This document shows, piece after piece, positions 1 to 12,736 of a DNA stretch of 64,000 nucleotides. Under the pieces are notes generated by a model. That model ran no database searches, was not told where the DNA came from, and was given only the letters and a program-made list of their open reading frames with translations. The translations under genes and the position numbers were made by a program. Location of the stretch: NCBI GenBank assembly GCA_951406725.2, contig OX597818.1, positions 30,256,001 through 30,320,000 of the forward strand. Reading direction: 5' to 3'. Numbering within the stretch: the stretch's first letter is position 1; every line of letters starts with the position of its first letter. Origin of the DNA: Octopus vulgaris. Its lineage: Eukaryota.

Positions 1-281
1 AAAAACAAAGCAGGACTATCATGATGTGGGATTCCTTTGATCATAGGTCTGTTGATCAAAGTTGACTTCAGGCTAAACAACAATATAAGCCTGGCATCCA
101 GAAGAGCCTTCTTTGACCACATCAGACTGACCAGCCACCATAATAACACCTAGTCCTCTTCTGTGTCTTGATTTTGGTAAAGAGCAATATTAATTAGCCT
201 TGCTTAACTACCATAATCTACTATAGACTACTACTGATTGTTAAATGGTTGCAGCAAAGTAAATTGGCTACCAGTTGCTTT

Positions 282-800
282 CATCATCATCATCATCATC
301 ATCGTTTAACGTCTGCTTTCCATGCTGGCATGGGTTAGACGATTTGACTGAGGTCTGGCGTACCAGATGGCTGCACCAGACTCCAATCTGATCTGGCAGT
401 GTTTCTACAGCTGGATGCCCTTCTTAACGCCAACCACTCTGAGAGTGTAGTGGGTACTTTTACGTGCCACCAGCACAAGGGCCACTTTGGTGGTACTGGC
501 AACAGCCACGCCCAAATTGTGCTTTTTACATGCCACCTGCTCAGGCGCCAGTCCAGCGGCACTGGTGACGACCTCGCTCAAATATTTCACATGCCACCAG
601 CACATGTGCTAGTAAGGTGACGCGATAATGATCACACTTGAATGGTGTGCTTAACGTGCCATTGGCACGAAGGCCAGCTTGTTGCTCTGGCAATGATCTC
701 ACTCGTATGGTACTCTTAGCACTCCACTAGCAACAGATGCCAGTCACCAAGTTTGATTTCAATTTCGATTTCACTTGCCTCAACAGGTCTTTGCAAGCAG
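282..800 (-). mobile_element. Abundant SINE/RTE-associated retroposon with (GAT)n tail and internal ~60-nt tandem subunits
   Basis: Minus strand ends ...GCATGGAAAGCAGACGTTAAACGATGATGATG. It shares the core GGCGTTA(A/G)GAAGGGCATCCAGCTGTAGAAAC with about 10 other copies (3828-4310, 20679-20872, 25697-25853, 30827-31270, 33322-33690, 37277-37630, 40653-41225, 47993-48157, 51250-51472, 52063-52297). Confidence 0.8.
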
Positions 801-1819
801 CCTCAAATAGACTTCTTGATCAAATAGACTTCTGATCAGAAGTAGTCATGCCATATTTTGTCCTCTTTTCTCAGGGAAGTGCACCTTGGACTGCATTTCC
901 CAGTATGTTCATTTTTAAAGATAGTCGGGTGTGATTTGAGGGGGATTTGACAGTTATTTGTAAAAGATCAGCTGGCCATGTATGGGCTCATTCAATGACT
1001 ACTTTGTATCATAGATGTACTTGAGGGTACTGCTAATTAGAGCCATTGAATAAGATTAGCTTTATGTCATATGTACTTGAGTACAGCAGACTAGGCCCAT
1101 TAATCAATATTACTTTTGCGAGATTCAGCTTTTCTTTTTTTTTCCTTCCTAAATAAAGTAAAATCAGACTCTCAATTAGACATGAAAATCAGACAAAAAT
1201 CTAATTTAATCATGTAGTGATTTTGTAAACAGATGAACTGACAAAAGAAAGTGGTTGTTGTTGGTCTATGATAAAAGCTCTTCAGACCATCCCCATAGTT
1301 TAGCATCTCAGGAATGTATTATCCAATGTGTCTTTACATTTTTAAGATGGTTGGGTACAATTTGAAAGAAATTTGGCTGCTTCCTTTAGTAGAGTCAATG
1401 ACCTCATACTGGCTAGAAAATGTGGTTCTTTGCAATGGCAAATTTATATGAAGCCAGAGCTGTCTGTGTCTTTTATTTGATATTTGTTTTGGCAATCATG
1501 TTACTGAAATGAATGCTTCTCTTACTATTTTCTTACACTTTGTTATTAGAATATGCCAATTTTTTAGCAAATGAACGGGATTTACTGAAGTAATTGATGT
1601 TGTCTTAAATTTGATACAAAATGATTCTATTTTTTATATTATATGAGAATCTTGGTCATTAATTTGTATTTTCTAACTTGATATCATTTATATTAAATAA
1701 ACATGACAATATCATTCATAGTATTGTGCTTAAAACAAATGTATTGTTTTCTTTTTTCCTTATGATTATATCTTATTTCATTTTTAAGAAATCCTGAAAA
1801 ATCACAGTAGTGTTTTTGT

Positions 1820-1918
1820 TTACATACATATACACAAATACATGCATGCAATGCACACATGCATACATACGTACATACATACATACATACATACATACAT
1901 ACATACATACATACATAC
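1820..1918. repeat. (CATA)n microsatellite
   Basis: Direct reading. It explains the spurious HTYI/MYVC ORFs. Confidence 0.95.
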
Positions 1919-2185
1919 GCTGAGAGTTGCTGAAGCATGGAACAAACTGCCGGCATCAGTTGTTAGTTGTCGGAGCACTGCATCCTTCAAAACTTCCATG
2001 CTTTCTGAGATTCGCCAACACTACACCTGATTTTCTCCCCTCCATACACACACAAGCATGTATCTGACTCATATATTGTTCGCTTTCCAGACATTTGTAC
2101 ATTACTGCATACACTTTATACGCACTTTCTGACAAGTTGTGGTGCACCTGAGCACTGTATACAATAATTTCATTATTATTTTTAT
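1918..2185 (+). mobile_element. 3' end of a CR1/L2-group LINE (C-terminal RT tail plus 3' UTR)
   Basis: LRVAEAWNKLPASVVSCRSTASFK fits the RVxxxWNxLP..VV....FK C-terminal motif of CR1-group ORF2. The tail is (ATT)n. A more diverged copy lies at ~26020-26280. Confidence 0.7.
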
Positions 2186-2346
2186 TATTTATACATACAT
2201 ACATACCAGAGAGACCACAGGCTAATGGGTTTTAGGGTCTGAAGAAACAATGTAAAGTCAAGTGCTTTATGGACGTGAAGCCTTGAGTAACCCCATAGAC
2301 TGGCCATATTTATCCTTATCCATGTATATATATATATATGTGTGTG

Positions 2347-2655
2347 TGGAGGTGCAATGGCCCAGTGGCTAGGGCAGCAGACTCGCAGTTGTAGGATCAC
2401 TGTTATTATTCCCAGACCGGGAATTGTGAGTGTTTATTGAGTGAAAACACCTAAAGCTCCACAAGGCTCCAGCAAGGGGTGGTGGTGATCCCTGCTGTAC
2501 TCTTTTGTCACAACTTTCTCTCATTCTTTCTTCTGTTGGCTTGCTCGCTTAACCGGTGGGGTGGTGTCATTTGAAGGCTAAAACAATGTGAAGCACATTG
2601 TGACCAGTGATATGTAGCAACATCTGATAGTCTGGTCAGTCACGGAGATCATGGT
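2347..2655 (+). mobile_element. tRNA-derived SINE
   Basis: Head GGAGGTGCAATGGCCCAGTGGCTAGGGCAGCAGACTCGC has an A-box-like TGGCCCAGTGG and a degenerate B box. The element is flanked by microsatellites. Confidence 0.55.
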
Positions 2656-4629
2656 GATATATATATATATATAGTCATACACACATAGATATAACTATAT
2701 TAAAAACTGATGGTTTTCACAAGATAACATTTCATATATCCAAAATACAGATTATGTATGTATGTATGTATGTATGTATGTATGTATGTATGTATGTATG
2801 TTTGTATATATGTATGAATGTATGTACATATGTATGTTTGTTCACTTTTTCTTTTTAATTTAGAATAAATTTCAACTGGCTGTCTACTTGGTAAAAAGGT
2901 TATGAAGGAAAACATCTAGTTTTGTTCATCCTTCTTTAAATCTTAAGGTCTTGCAGATTTTAAAGTCCCAGTTATCATGATCTTTTGTAGCATTTTCTCC
3001 CCAAGAACCCAAGTTCAGCCATACATTGCTCCAGACAGGTTGGTACATAACCTGTTGCTCCAGTAATAATAGATGTGAAGCTAAAGTGTATCTTGGGTCT
3101 TTATCAATGGTCTGTAGAGGTCCTCTTTCTCTTGAATTTTTCTAACCACATTGGTGTCCAGTGGGCAGCTGATTTCTGCAACAGAACGTATCTCTTCTTT
3201 GTGGTCCCACCCAACAATATCTGGTCAATGGTGTTGTAAATTGGTGGCTATTTTATTTTTAAGTTCCACCAATATTCTTTTGATCCATCAACCTCAATAT
3301 GGTAAATATCATCTGTAGGTGTTTTCTCTTTGGTTATCCTGTTCCAGACTGTTCTGGCCACTGCATTATGCCTTATGTCTGTATATGTGTGAGTGCATGT
3401 TTGGGTATCTGTGTGTGTTTGTGTCTGTCTATCAATCAATATTGGATGTTGTCATATACCATGATGCACTTCCGATTCTTTCTTGATTGCACTCTTCTTT
3501 TCCATGTTGGTCCAAATTGTTTAACTAAATCATCTTCCCATTTGTCATAGAAGCCTTCCAAATTTTTGGATACCAGTAAACAACTTCATGGGTCCACCTG
3601 TTCTCTGTGAGCCCTGCAGTGTGTCCTGCCCATTTGAATTTGTGCTTTCAGTATTCTGCTATCACATCATTCACTTTGCTCTATTCTTGATTTACTTAAT
3701 TTTGGTTACGCTCTAACAATAACACTCCTTGCATGGAGCTTTCCATAGAACACACACACACACACACACACATAAATGGCATAAATAAATATCTTATTTC
3801 TCATGGTTTATTTTGTTTTATATATATCATCATCATTATCATCATCATCATCATCATTTAACATCTATTGTCCATGTTGGCATGGGTTGGACAGTTTGAC
3901 CAGGGCTGGTAAGCTGAAAGGTTGCACCAGACTCCAGTCTGATTTGGCATGGTTTCTATGGTTGGATGCCCTTCCTAAGACCAACCACTCTAAGAGTGTA
4001 ATGAGTGCTTTTGCATTCCACTGGCACAGGTGCCAGTTGCTTGATACTAGTATCTGCCATGACTACATTTTACTTGGCTTGCTGTGATGAGTCTTCTTCT
4101 CAAGCATGGCATATTGCCAACTGTCTCAGTTATTTGTCATTGCCTCCATGAGGTCCAACACTTAAAAGGTGCTTTTCATGTGCCACCAGCGCAGGTGCCA
4201 GTTATGTGACACCAGCATTGGCTATATTGCTTCCATGAGGCCTAACACTCAAAAGGTGCTTTTTACATGTCACTGGCACAGGTGCCAGTTATGTGACACC
4301 AGTAGCATCCATGATGAGGTGCAGGTAGGATGGAGCTGACGTGCAGGCAGAATGGGGCTGATGTGTGTGTAAGGAACCCTAAAGTGGGGATAGTAGAATG
4401 GTCAACCTTGAAATCACATGGAGGTATACATACACTTATGTAATAAGCTGAAGGAAAAGCCTCAGATTTTGGTGATGCGACCCTCTGAACCAAGTGAAAT
4501 GATCCAGAGGGCTCCTTCGATGTAGTGATAGAAACATTTGATAGTGATGGTGTGTGTGACGTCATTGACATTTTTAATCTTGGATTTAATAAATTGAGGA
4601 TAAATCTTACTAAATAAGGAGTTCCTCTC

Positions 4630-4900
4630 AACTGGCTTTGGCCTCTACAGAGTCAATACTTTTGGCAACATTGAGAAGAGTGAATGGCCACATACTTGAT
4701 AAGCTTAGATAAAAATCTATAGACTATTTTCCATTGGACTCAAAGTCACAATAGAAACTAACCTGAAAGTGGCTGAATTACTTGATGTGACTTTAAACTT
4801 AAGCACTGGTGCTTATAAACCCTTTAGGAAACTGAATTAGAGGTTGATATATATTAATACAGTGTCTTGTCATCCAGCCATATCGTTCAAGAACATTCTT
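4630..4900 (+). mobile_element. Penelope-like (Naiad-type) RT fragment, disrupted
   Basis: Broken frames read GLYR..., GLKVTIETNLKV..LDVTLNLSTGAYKPFRK..LIYINTVSCHP, parallel to the RT at 17703-18059. Confidence 0.65.
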
Positions 4901-5249
4901 TAAAGTGGTTGGCATTAGGAAGAGCACCAAGGTTTAGAAACCATGCCAAGGCAGACATTCTCAGGATTTGATGCAATCTTTGTACTTGTTAGATCCTGTC
5001 AAAGTGTCCAATTGATGCTAGTATGGAAGACAGACGTTTAAAGCTAGTGATAACACATTGTGTGTGCATATATATATACATACGTATGTGTATGTATGTG
5101 CATGTGTGAGCATTGGCTAAAAAATAATGCAAAAGTGAGCATAACTTTTATATTAATTGGTATAGGTTGTTCACATTGCACATGTTGAAAGAGTAAGTCC
5201 TCCTCTTTTCTTCCTGTTTATCGTAATTGTAGGTAAATAATATGTTCTA

Positions 5250-5680
5250 AGCAGATGTAATATGTCGTCACTCGGTTCTTGATAAAGGAGGCTTGCAGAC
5301 TGTTCCATATCCACTGAAGGCTACATTGTTTTTATGGAGATGGCCCCTTTGACAGGAGCAGAAGACCAGCATTGAAGATAAATTATGCAAAGGAAAATTA
5401 TCAACTGTGACCACCGATATGAATCGCCAGCAAGTGGCTAAATTGATTCATGAGTCACAATCTCTGAGCTTGCTGCACAACTAGAGTGTGGTCACAGAGG
5501 ATGGTAGAAGACTTTGGATATCAGAAAGCATGTACAAAGTGTGCTCTTCAGCAGCAGACATTCGATTTGAAAGAGAGATGCATAGAAGTCTGCTCTGGTC
5601 TGATAAAAACGTTCGAAGCCAGTAAAGACATGATTTTCCTTTTGATCTGGTGACATGTAATGAAATGTTGATACATCTTT
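5250..5680 (+). mobile_element. Degenerate mariner transposase N-terminal fragment
   Basis: Broken frames read HIH.RL, TSIED, TISELAAQLECGH and GYQKACTK, in the layout of a mariner HTH region. Confidence 0.45.
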
Positions 5681-5768
5681 ATGATTTATAATTGAAAGCC
5701 CAGCCTTTCTCCAAGCTCTAAAAATTTCAAGAGCCAGCGATGTATGTATGCATGTATGTACATATGTA

Positions 5769-5803
<35 letters not shown>

Positions 5804-5888
5804 ATGCATGCATGTATTTATGTATGCTGTTTGTGTATGTGTGTGTACATATGTTATGTATGCATTTGTGTATGTATGTATGTATATT

Positions 5889-6105
5889 TGAAGGGGTGCT
5901 GAAAAGTTCCTGGCTTTAAGGGTATCGCAAAAGTCCTTGTTGGAGACCCAACCTTCCAAGTTCTTTTAAAGGGCTTAGAAAAACTGAAAGTCTGCCGCAA
6001 TAATTGTGACAATCAGAGAAGGGAATATGTTGAATAAGATCATAATTAACTGATCCACCTGTATTTTCTTTTACACAAAGCCAAGAGATTGTCAGCACCC
6101 CCTTG
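5889..6105. mobile_element. Mariner-type MITE
   Basis: Terminal inverted repeats GAAGGGGTGCTGAAAAGTTCCTGGCTTT / AAAGCCAAGAGATTGTCAGCACCCCCTTG, with TA at 6106-6107. Confidence 0.75.
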
Positions 6106-6899
6106 TATATATATCTTTGTGTGTGTATCTTTGACCTTGTACTATTAATGTTCATATACCGTTTAGTGAGATGTGAACACTAATAACATGAAGTGTATTC
6201 AAAAAATAATCTTTACTTACTACCATACAAACTGAGAGTCTATGTAACACTTTTGTATCTCAAGTATTATTTGATTCCATTCAAAATAAAAAAAATGCAC
6301 TTGGTGCCATTAAAACAAAAACTTACCTCAATGCCACTAAAGATATTTTCAGTTAACATCTTCTTCATTAAACAGCAGCAACAAAATATCTATTTGTACA
6401 GATAATCAAATCTTCTTCCGCTTGATGATGATGATAGATGATGGTGATGATGATGGTGGTGGTGGTGGTGGTGGCGGCAGTGATTGTCATGGTAGTAGTA
6501 GTAGTAGTAGTAGTATTGATGGTGGTGCATTGACTCTTCTTGATATCATCCAAAAACCTAATTGTATATGGAAGGTCTAATGACATGCCAGGTCATTTGA
6601 TATATTGGCAACTAAGAGCTTAGTCATGTTAAATTGCCAGCTCTTAATTAGATTATTTTGATTTCTTTGTTGGCTCAGTATCAATATTTCAACTTTTGAA
6701 CTATTTATGGAATTATATCAACTCTATATTTTAAGCTAACAATACAGATCAGTTTAACCATTGCTTAGTATGTTCATGGTTTTAAAATACATGGAAAGAA
6801 GTATGTTCAGATGTGAGTGACAATGATTTTGAATGGACTCCTTTCCAATTCGTAATGCCAATTTATTATTAGATTACAACTTTTTAAATATGTTGGGAA

Positions 6900-8350
6900 T
6901 GTAATGAAAATGATTAAAAAATATACCAAAAAAAAAAGAAAAAAAAACAGTAAGTAACAAAGGTGTTTTACAAATGCCCTGGCCAGTTCTTGAGTATAAA
7001 GCTGAAAGCATAGAAGCATAATAAAAATATACCAGCAACCTTTGAATCATGATTCCAACCTGTTAAGTTGTTCACCACCATTATGATCTGCCAAACAATT
7101 TTGATTTGAAAGTATTTCTTTTCATTTGTTTGCACTATAAAGTATTAATAAATAAGTGTTGCTTTAATGATTTATAAAAACATATTTCTTATAGAAATGG
7201 AATGAACAACTGCATCTAGTTAGTTAATTCTTCCATGATATTTTCTATTGAAACGTTTTCCCATTAAATAAATTCCAATTATTTAAGAGAATCATGTGAT
7301 TTCTTAAATATCTTATGCTTACTCAATAGTGATTTCAAACCTGATTGAGTTTTAGCATAATTTTTTTCTAAGTTTGATTCAGAACACATGAATTAGAATC
7401 CTTGAGATATTATCTCCAACCTTTTTTCTTTTTCCATGGAACAAATTTGAGAGTGTAATGTAAAAATGGTAGCGATAATTATTTGTCAGCTATTAAACAA
7501 AATTCTAAACAATCATCTACTTAAAGTAAGTCTTGGTTGATACTGCTTAACTTTAATAATTTCAGTACAAATTGACATTAACATCTGTAGTGTAAATTCA
7601 ATTATGTAAAACTATTTTGGTTAAAGTTAGTAATTGGTTATATTCCTGAAGAAATTCTTTCTTGTTGATAAAATGCCAAGCTCCTTTAAAATTTGATGTA
7701 AGTGTAACAGAATTTTGGCTGAGTATGTTAAATGGATCTCTTAAATGATTTGATGGCAATTCTTTATTATATTTTGTTGTCAGCAGTCAAACAGTGACAT
7801 ATGAAGATGACACTTGCTTTCACTTTCATAATATAACATCTTTATTAAGACTTGGTTTTGCTTTATCATTGATCACTTACCATTCATAAATATATTTGTT
7901 TTGTTTATTTACTTCTTGCAAGTATCTAATACTATGATTTCTGTTACTAAAGTATTGCACTGCAAAGGCCAAAACAATCTTTCTTACTTCTCAATCACTT
8001 TATACCATTGGTGGTGTCACAAAGAAATTGAACTCCTGAAGATCCTACTGATTTCAGGATTTCTTAGAAAAAGGTACTCTGAAGAGTTTTCTTATTGCTA
8101 CTTTGAGTCTCATGAAATGATCTCTTCATACGCTAATAACAAAATAACGAAGTAATAAACCATATCAGATTGTAAACCAACTGGAGTATCTTCCAGTGTG
8201 TAAACTGTAAGTTGTGACATGCCTTTGGCAGCTATCTGATCTATTGTTCTAATGATGTGAAGAACAGTCTTATTATTATTGTTCATGGGTAAGTGCAAGT
8301 CAATTCTTATCAAGCAAATTTATGATTGTTAGGAAGTGAGCAAAACAATT
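6900..8350 (-). mobile_element. Possible highly decayed Helitron RepHel remnant
   Basis: IRIDLHLP...SQLTVY and a YY.R.LL-like segment resemble the region between the Rep and helicase domains. The downstream helicase motifs are barely discernible. Confidence 0.3.
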
Positions 8351-9283
8351 AGAACAATCTGTCGGTGCATTGTTCCAGATATGTCATTCATCTGAGGATC
8401 AGATAACAAGCAGTGTTTAATGGTATGAGATGCAGTGTTGTAGTCTAGTCATAAACTCTCTACACTATCCACTCTATTTGTGTATAAGGCTGTGTGTATG
8501 TTTTGAGGCAGTAGGGAAAGTTGTAAAGTATAGTGCTCTTGATTTCTGTAAGATCCTGTGAAAGATGTGTGAGTACATAGTAGAGTGATAATTCTACATG
8601 ATGCTTCTTCACTTGGCTTTTGTTGAACTTTAGAATTATTATTACTTTGCACAGCTTTCAGTGTTGGAGGATTTGACAGTGTTAGTACAAGTAGTGCTAG
8701 ATGTAGGAGAGTGCTGTGATTCCTTCAAGCCCTAAGTATTTTAGGTATAGACTTTTGATTTTGTCAACAACTAAGGCTTTGAGTTATTACCCAGATAGCA
8801 TTTTAAATGAAGAATTTATTACTTATCTACTCAGTACAATTAAACTAGAACTAAGTACTAATCATTAAGGTGAATGCTTAAAAGCATGAGGTATTTAGAA
8901 CAACTTTGTCTTTGATTACAACAAAAAAAGTCTACCTAAAGATTGATTATGACATGGTAATCATAGGCAATAATGTTCATTCTGTGGTATTCACTGGTTT
9001 GTAAATATTAAGAATAAAAAACAAACTGCAAAAATATTACTTTTATATAATATTTCTGCCAGTAAAAAGTAGTTTACCCTTAATTTATACAGCAAATAAG
9101 AATATGGAGAGGATACAAAAACGACATACATCAGCCAGTAGACATTCGAGTATGTCTATTTATTCCAAAGTATTAGAAAGTATTAGAAGAATGCATACAC
9201 ATGAAATAACTATGTGTTACACACACATGTACTAATATTACAGGAAAGAGCTAAAGATCAGATTGACAGTAGGTTCTAGTTTC

Positions 9284-9403
9284 TTACAGCCGTTTCTGCC
9301 AAGAGGCAACGAAATCCTCCATACCATCTACATCTCCTCAGTGTTCTGCAGGGATGGGCAGATAAAGTTTGGATGATGAATGTGCCTCTAGGCTTCTTCA
9401 GAG
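9284..9403 (-). ncRNA. Type I hammerhead ribozyme-like motif (PLE-associated)
   Basis: Minus strand: CU-CUGAAGA-A-GCCUAGAGGCA...(~75 nt)...UGCCUCUUGGC-A-GAAA-CGGCUG-UA^AG. Stem III ACGGCUGU is self-complementary with G-U pairs. Stem I is only 2 bp. Confidence 0.6.
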
Positions 9404-11561
9404 TGTCTAAGTGGTTGGGAGGGTTAATACATATAAGAAACAGTTAACAATAGATACAGTGTGATTGCCTTTTTGAAAGGGCAGAAAAAGAATAGGAGCA
9501 AACATGAGGATGTTAATGAAGCACAACTTATCAAAATTATTTGGGTATAGGAATAAGCTACAGACTTCCCATGATGTATTCCAAGATCCATGTTATTTCA
9601 TCCAATTGTGGATAGGTGAATATAGTCGTTCTCAGGAGGAGTTTTTTCAGGAAGGGTAAATTTAGGCAATAGTTCGCATTATGTTTTTGTTTTTGTTTTT
9701 GTTTTTCCAGTTTCAGCTCTTGAGCTGTGGCCATTATATAGAAATTCACATTATGTTTACATAGAAATACAGTGGTGGATTTGAAGGTATGGTCTGTGTT
9801 ACGGAAGTGAAAGTACATGTAAAGTGCTAGCTAGTAGGTGCAATGTTGCAGATGGTATGGTATATGCAACCTATGATGATGAACCCATCATGGGAAAATT
9901 TAGTATATGAGATTAAGGAACCAGGTGGGACCAAAGTGCGGTGTTAGTGTTTGTTATTTTTTGCCAATCAACAAGTCTCGGAATCCATGTGTGTAGTGAA
10001 GTGGGGGTCATGGTCAGTCCTACAACCTAATTGATCAGCTATTTTTTTGAAAACCATGGCATTGCTGCGATTCGTTGACAGTTAACTGATAAAACAAAAC
10101 AAATCAAAGAAAGAAAGAAAGAAAGAAACCATGGCCATTATGGGCAAGTAAATAAGCAAAATAAAATTAAAAACAAGTAAGTAAGTGCGATAACTAAAAC
10201 AATAGGACTAAGCGAAGAGGATCCTAAAAGACAACATAAGGAAAATAAAACCATATAAACGTATAAAATATAAACGTATAAAATATATATCTATCAAGAG
10301 TATCTACTGTATAAGGTTAAACATAATATAGGAGCTGGACAGGGGATTCATATTTGTTGAAAGGTAGAAGAAGGAGGATTTCGTGAATAGGGACAAAAGT
10401 GGATTGGATCGGATGAATAGTGGTTGTTTGTTTTGCTAACTTATAGATATTCAGTGCTAAAGCTTATACTAGTAAAATATAGAATATTAGATTATTAGAT
10501 ATAAAGTATTAAAGGGGTGGCACTGTTTTATAGTATTACATTATGTGATTTTATTAAAAAGGGGTAGTTTGAAGAAAATGTTTACATGGATATATATATA
10601 TATATACTCAGCTACGGTAATTCTGTGTATAGCTAAAGTGGGGTAACTCGGGTATTTCTAGCTAATTAATTAATTAATCAATTAATTTAATTAATTCCGT
10701 ATTGGAATAGAACTCAGTTTAGGTCTAAGGGAAGAGGTAATATCAGTTGTAGATGCAAATCGGGGGTATTTGTGTTCGGATAAGGGTGTCAACTATGAGG
10801 TATAGGTATCTATGGTTTACGATGTATTAGGTAGTTTAGCTATAGTAAATTACATTATATTATACTCAATTATCCGATTGTACATAATGGCTTATATTTA
10901 TAATTTAAGCTACTGGATAGTGTGCTATATTATTATTACTCTACTCATTTCTAGGGTGCATTTCAATTACTAAGTGCTAGTATGTATGATGAACTAGTCC
11001 AGCATGTATTTTCAAAAGGTTCATAAGAGAGGGGATCTTAGCCCCAATGTATAAGCTAGGTTTATGTAGAGTATTCCTCATAGGAGCATGGAGTACCATT
11101 GGTAGACAAGAACATACCATTGGTTGACAAGAAGTGATGGGGTATTCCTATCTGTACCTGTCTATGCTCACACTCCAGCAACCATGCATACAAATATATC
11201 TACAGACCCACATATACATCAATACTAATCAGATATACATTCACACTCATATCCATGTGTGCACACCATTATATACATGCAAATCCATACTGGTCCTTAC
11301 CCACACCCTTATCTCCACACAAGTGCACATTTGTATGTATCCATTTCCACAACTATGGATATATAGGTGTGTAAACATCCAAAAACCTATGGTTTCTTAC
11401 ATGGCCTCTCATATATACCTATATAAATATGTACATATATGCATACATACACATCCCTATAAGCCTGTATATACATATACACACACAAAAATATGTGTAT
11501 ATATATACACACACATCCACATCCACATGTATATATATATATAGATAGATATATATATACA

Positions 11562-11956
11562 CTAGCAGTATCGCCCGGCGTTGCTCGGGTTTGTAAGGGA
11601 AATAATTATATAAGCATTTTTAGAGATGTAAAGTATAATAGCCATCTCAATATGGCTAACCACAAAGGGGGAGGGGTGTTACTGTAGCTTTTTACGTTCT
11701 GAGATTTAATAATAAATTTTAGAGAGTTACTTCCCTTATATATGTCAAAAATGGATTAAAAATGGGAAAAATTGATGGTAAATTTTTTTTTAAATCGTAG
11801 ACTCATCGTAGACGCGCGCTAATACCCAGACGGTCTCGATATGAATCACGACTATAAGATACCCGGTTTTGGTTAAACTGCACCGCAAAATGTGGGAGTA
11901 GTTAGGAATCTAAATCGTAGGAGACAGACACACAACCTCACTTTTATATATAAAGA
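11562..11956 (-). mobile_element. Non-autonomous Helitron
   Basis: Minus strand starts A|TCTTTATATATAAAA and ends with hairpin CCCGAGCAACGCCGGG then CTAG|T, with no TSD. The 3' part is shared with 13865-14123. Confidence 0.85.
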
Positions 11957-12124
11957 TTTCCTCTATTTACATAATATTGAGGTCTCTTTCTTTCTTTTGT
12001 TATCTTACTGTTTTTACCAATATACATATATATATATATATATATAAATATATATATATAGTTACAGAGATGTACTTGCATAGCAAGTGACTTGATCTGA
12101 GATCGTGTGCTGGAACGAAAACAG

Positions 12125-12383
12125 TTGCAGCGTTGAAGGTGTTTATAAGCCATTTAAGAAACACACAAAAACCGTTAGATTCACTTCAACATTTAAATTT
12201 AATTTGTGAAAATATTTTCGTCGCTTTGAGACCGCGACCTGTTAGCACGATATTTTTGTCAGTGAACAGGTCGCGGTCTGAAAGCGATGAAAATATTTTG
12301 GCAAATTAAATTTAAATGTTGAAGTGAATGTAACGGTTTTTGTGTGTTTCTTAAATGGCTTACAAACACCTTCCACGCTGCAA
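12125..12383. repeat. Fold-back (palindromic) element, ~120-bp arms
   Basis: TTGCAGCGTTGAAGGTGTTT...GACCGCGACCTGTT is mirrored by AACAGGTCGCGGTC...AAACACCTTCCACGCTGCAA. (TA)n tracts lie nearby on both sides. Confidence 0.85.
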
Positions 12384-12736
12384 TATATATATACACACAT
12401 ATATATATATGTATGTATGTGTGTATATGTGTATGCATGTATGTGTGTGTGCGTGTCTGTGCTTGTGATTGTCCTCCACCACTGCTTGACAACGAATGTT
12501 GGTTTGTTTACATCCCTGTCACCTAGTGGTTTGACAAAGGAAACAGATAGAATAAGTACAATGCTTACAAAAATAAAACTGGAGTTGATTCATTAAACTA
12601 CAATTCTTCAAGGCATTGCCCCAGCATGGCCACAGACCAATGGCTGGAAAAAGCAGAAGAATAAAAGAATACATTCTCTGCTTTGGTCATATGTTGAAGG
12701 CATGAGAAAGCTTGAGTTTACATGAGAAGGCCTAAC

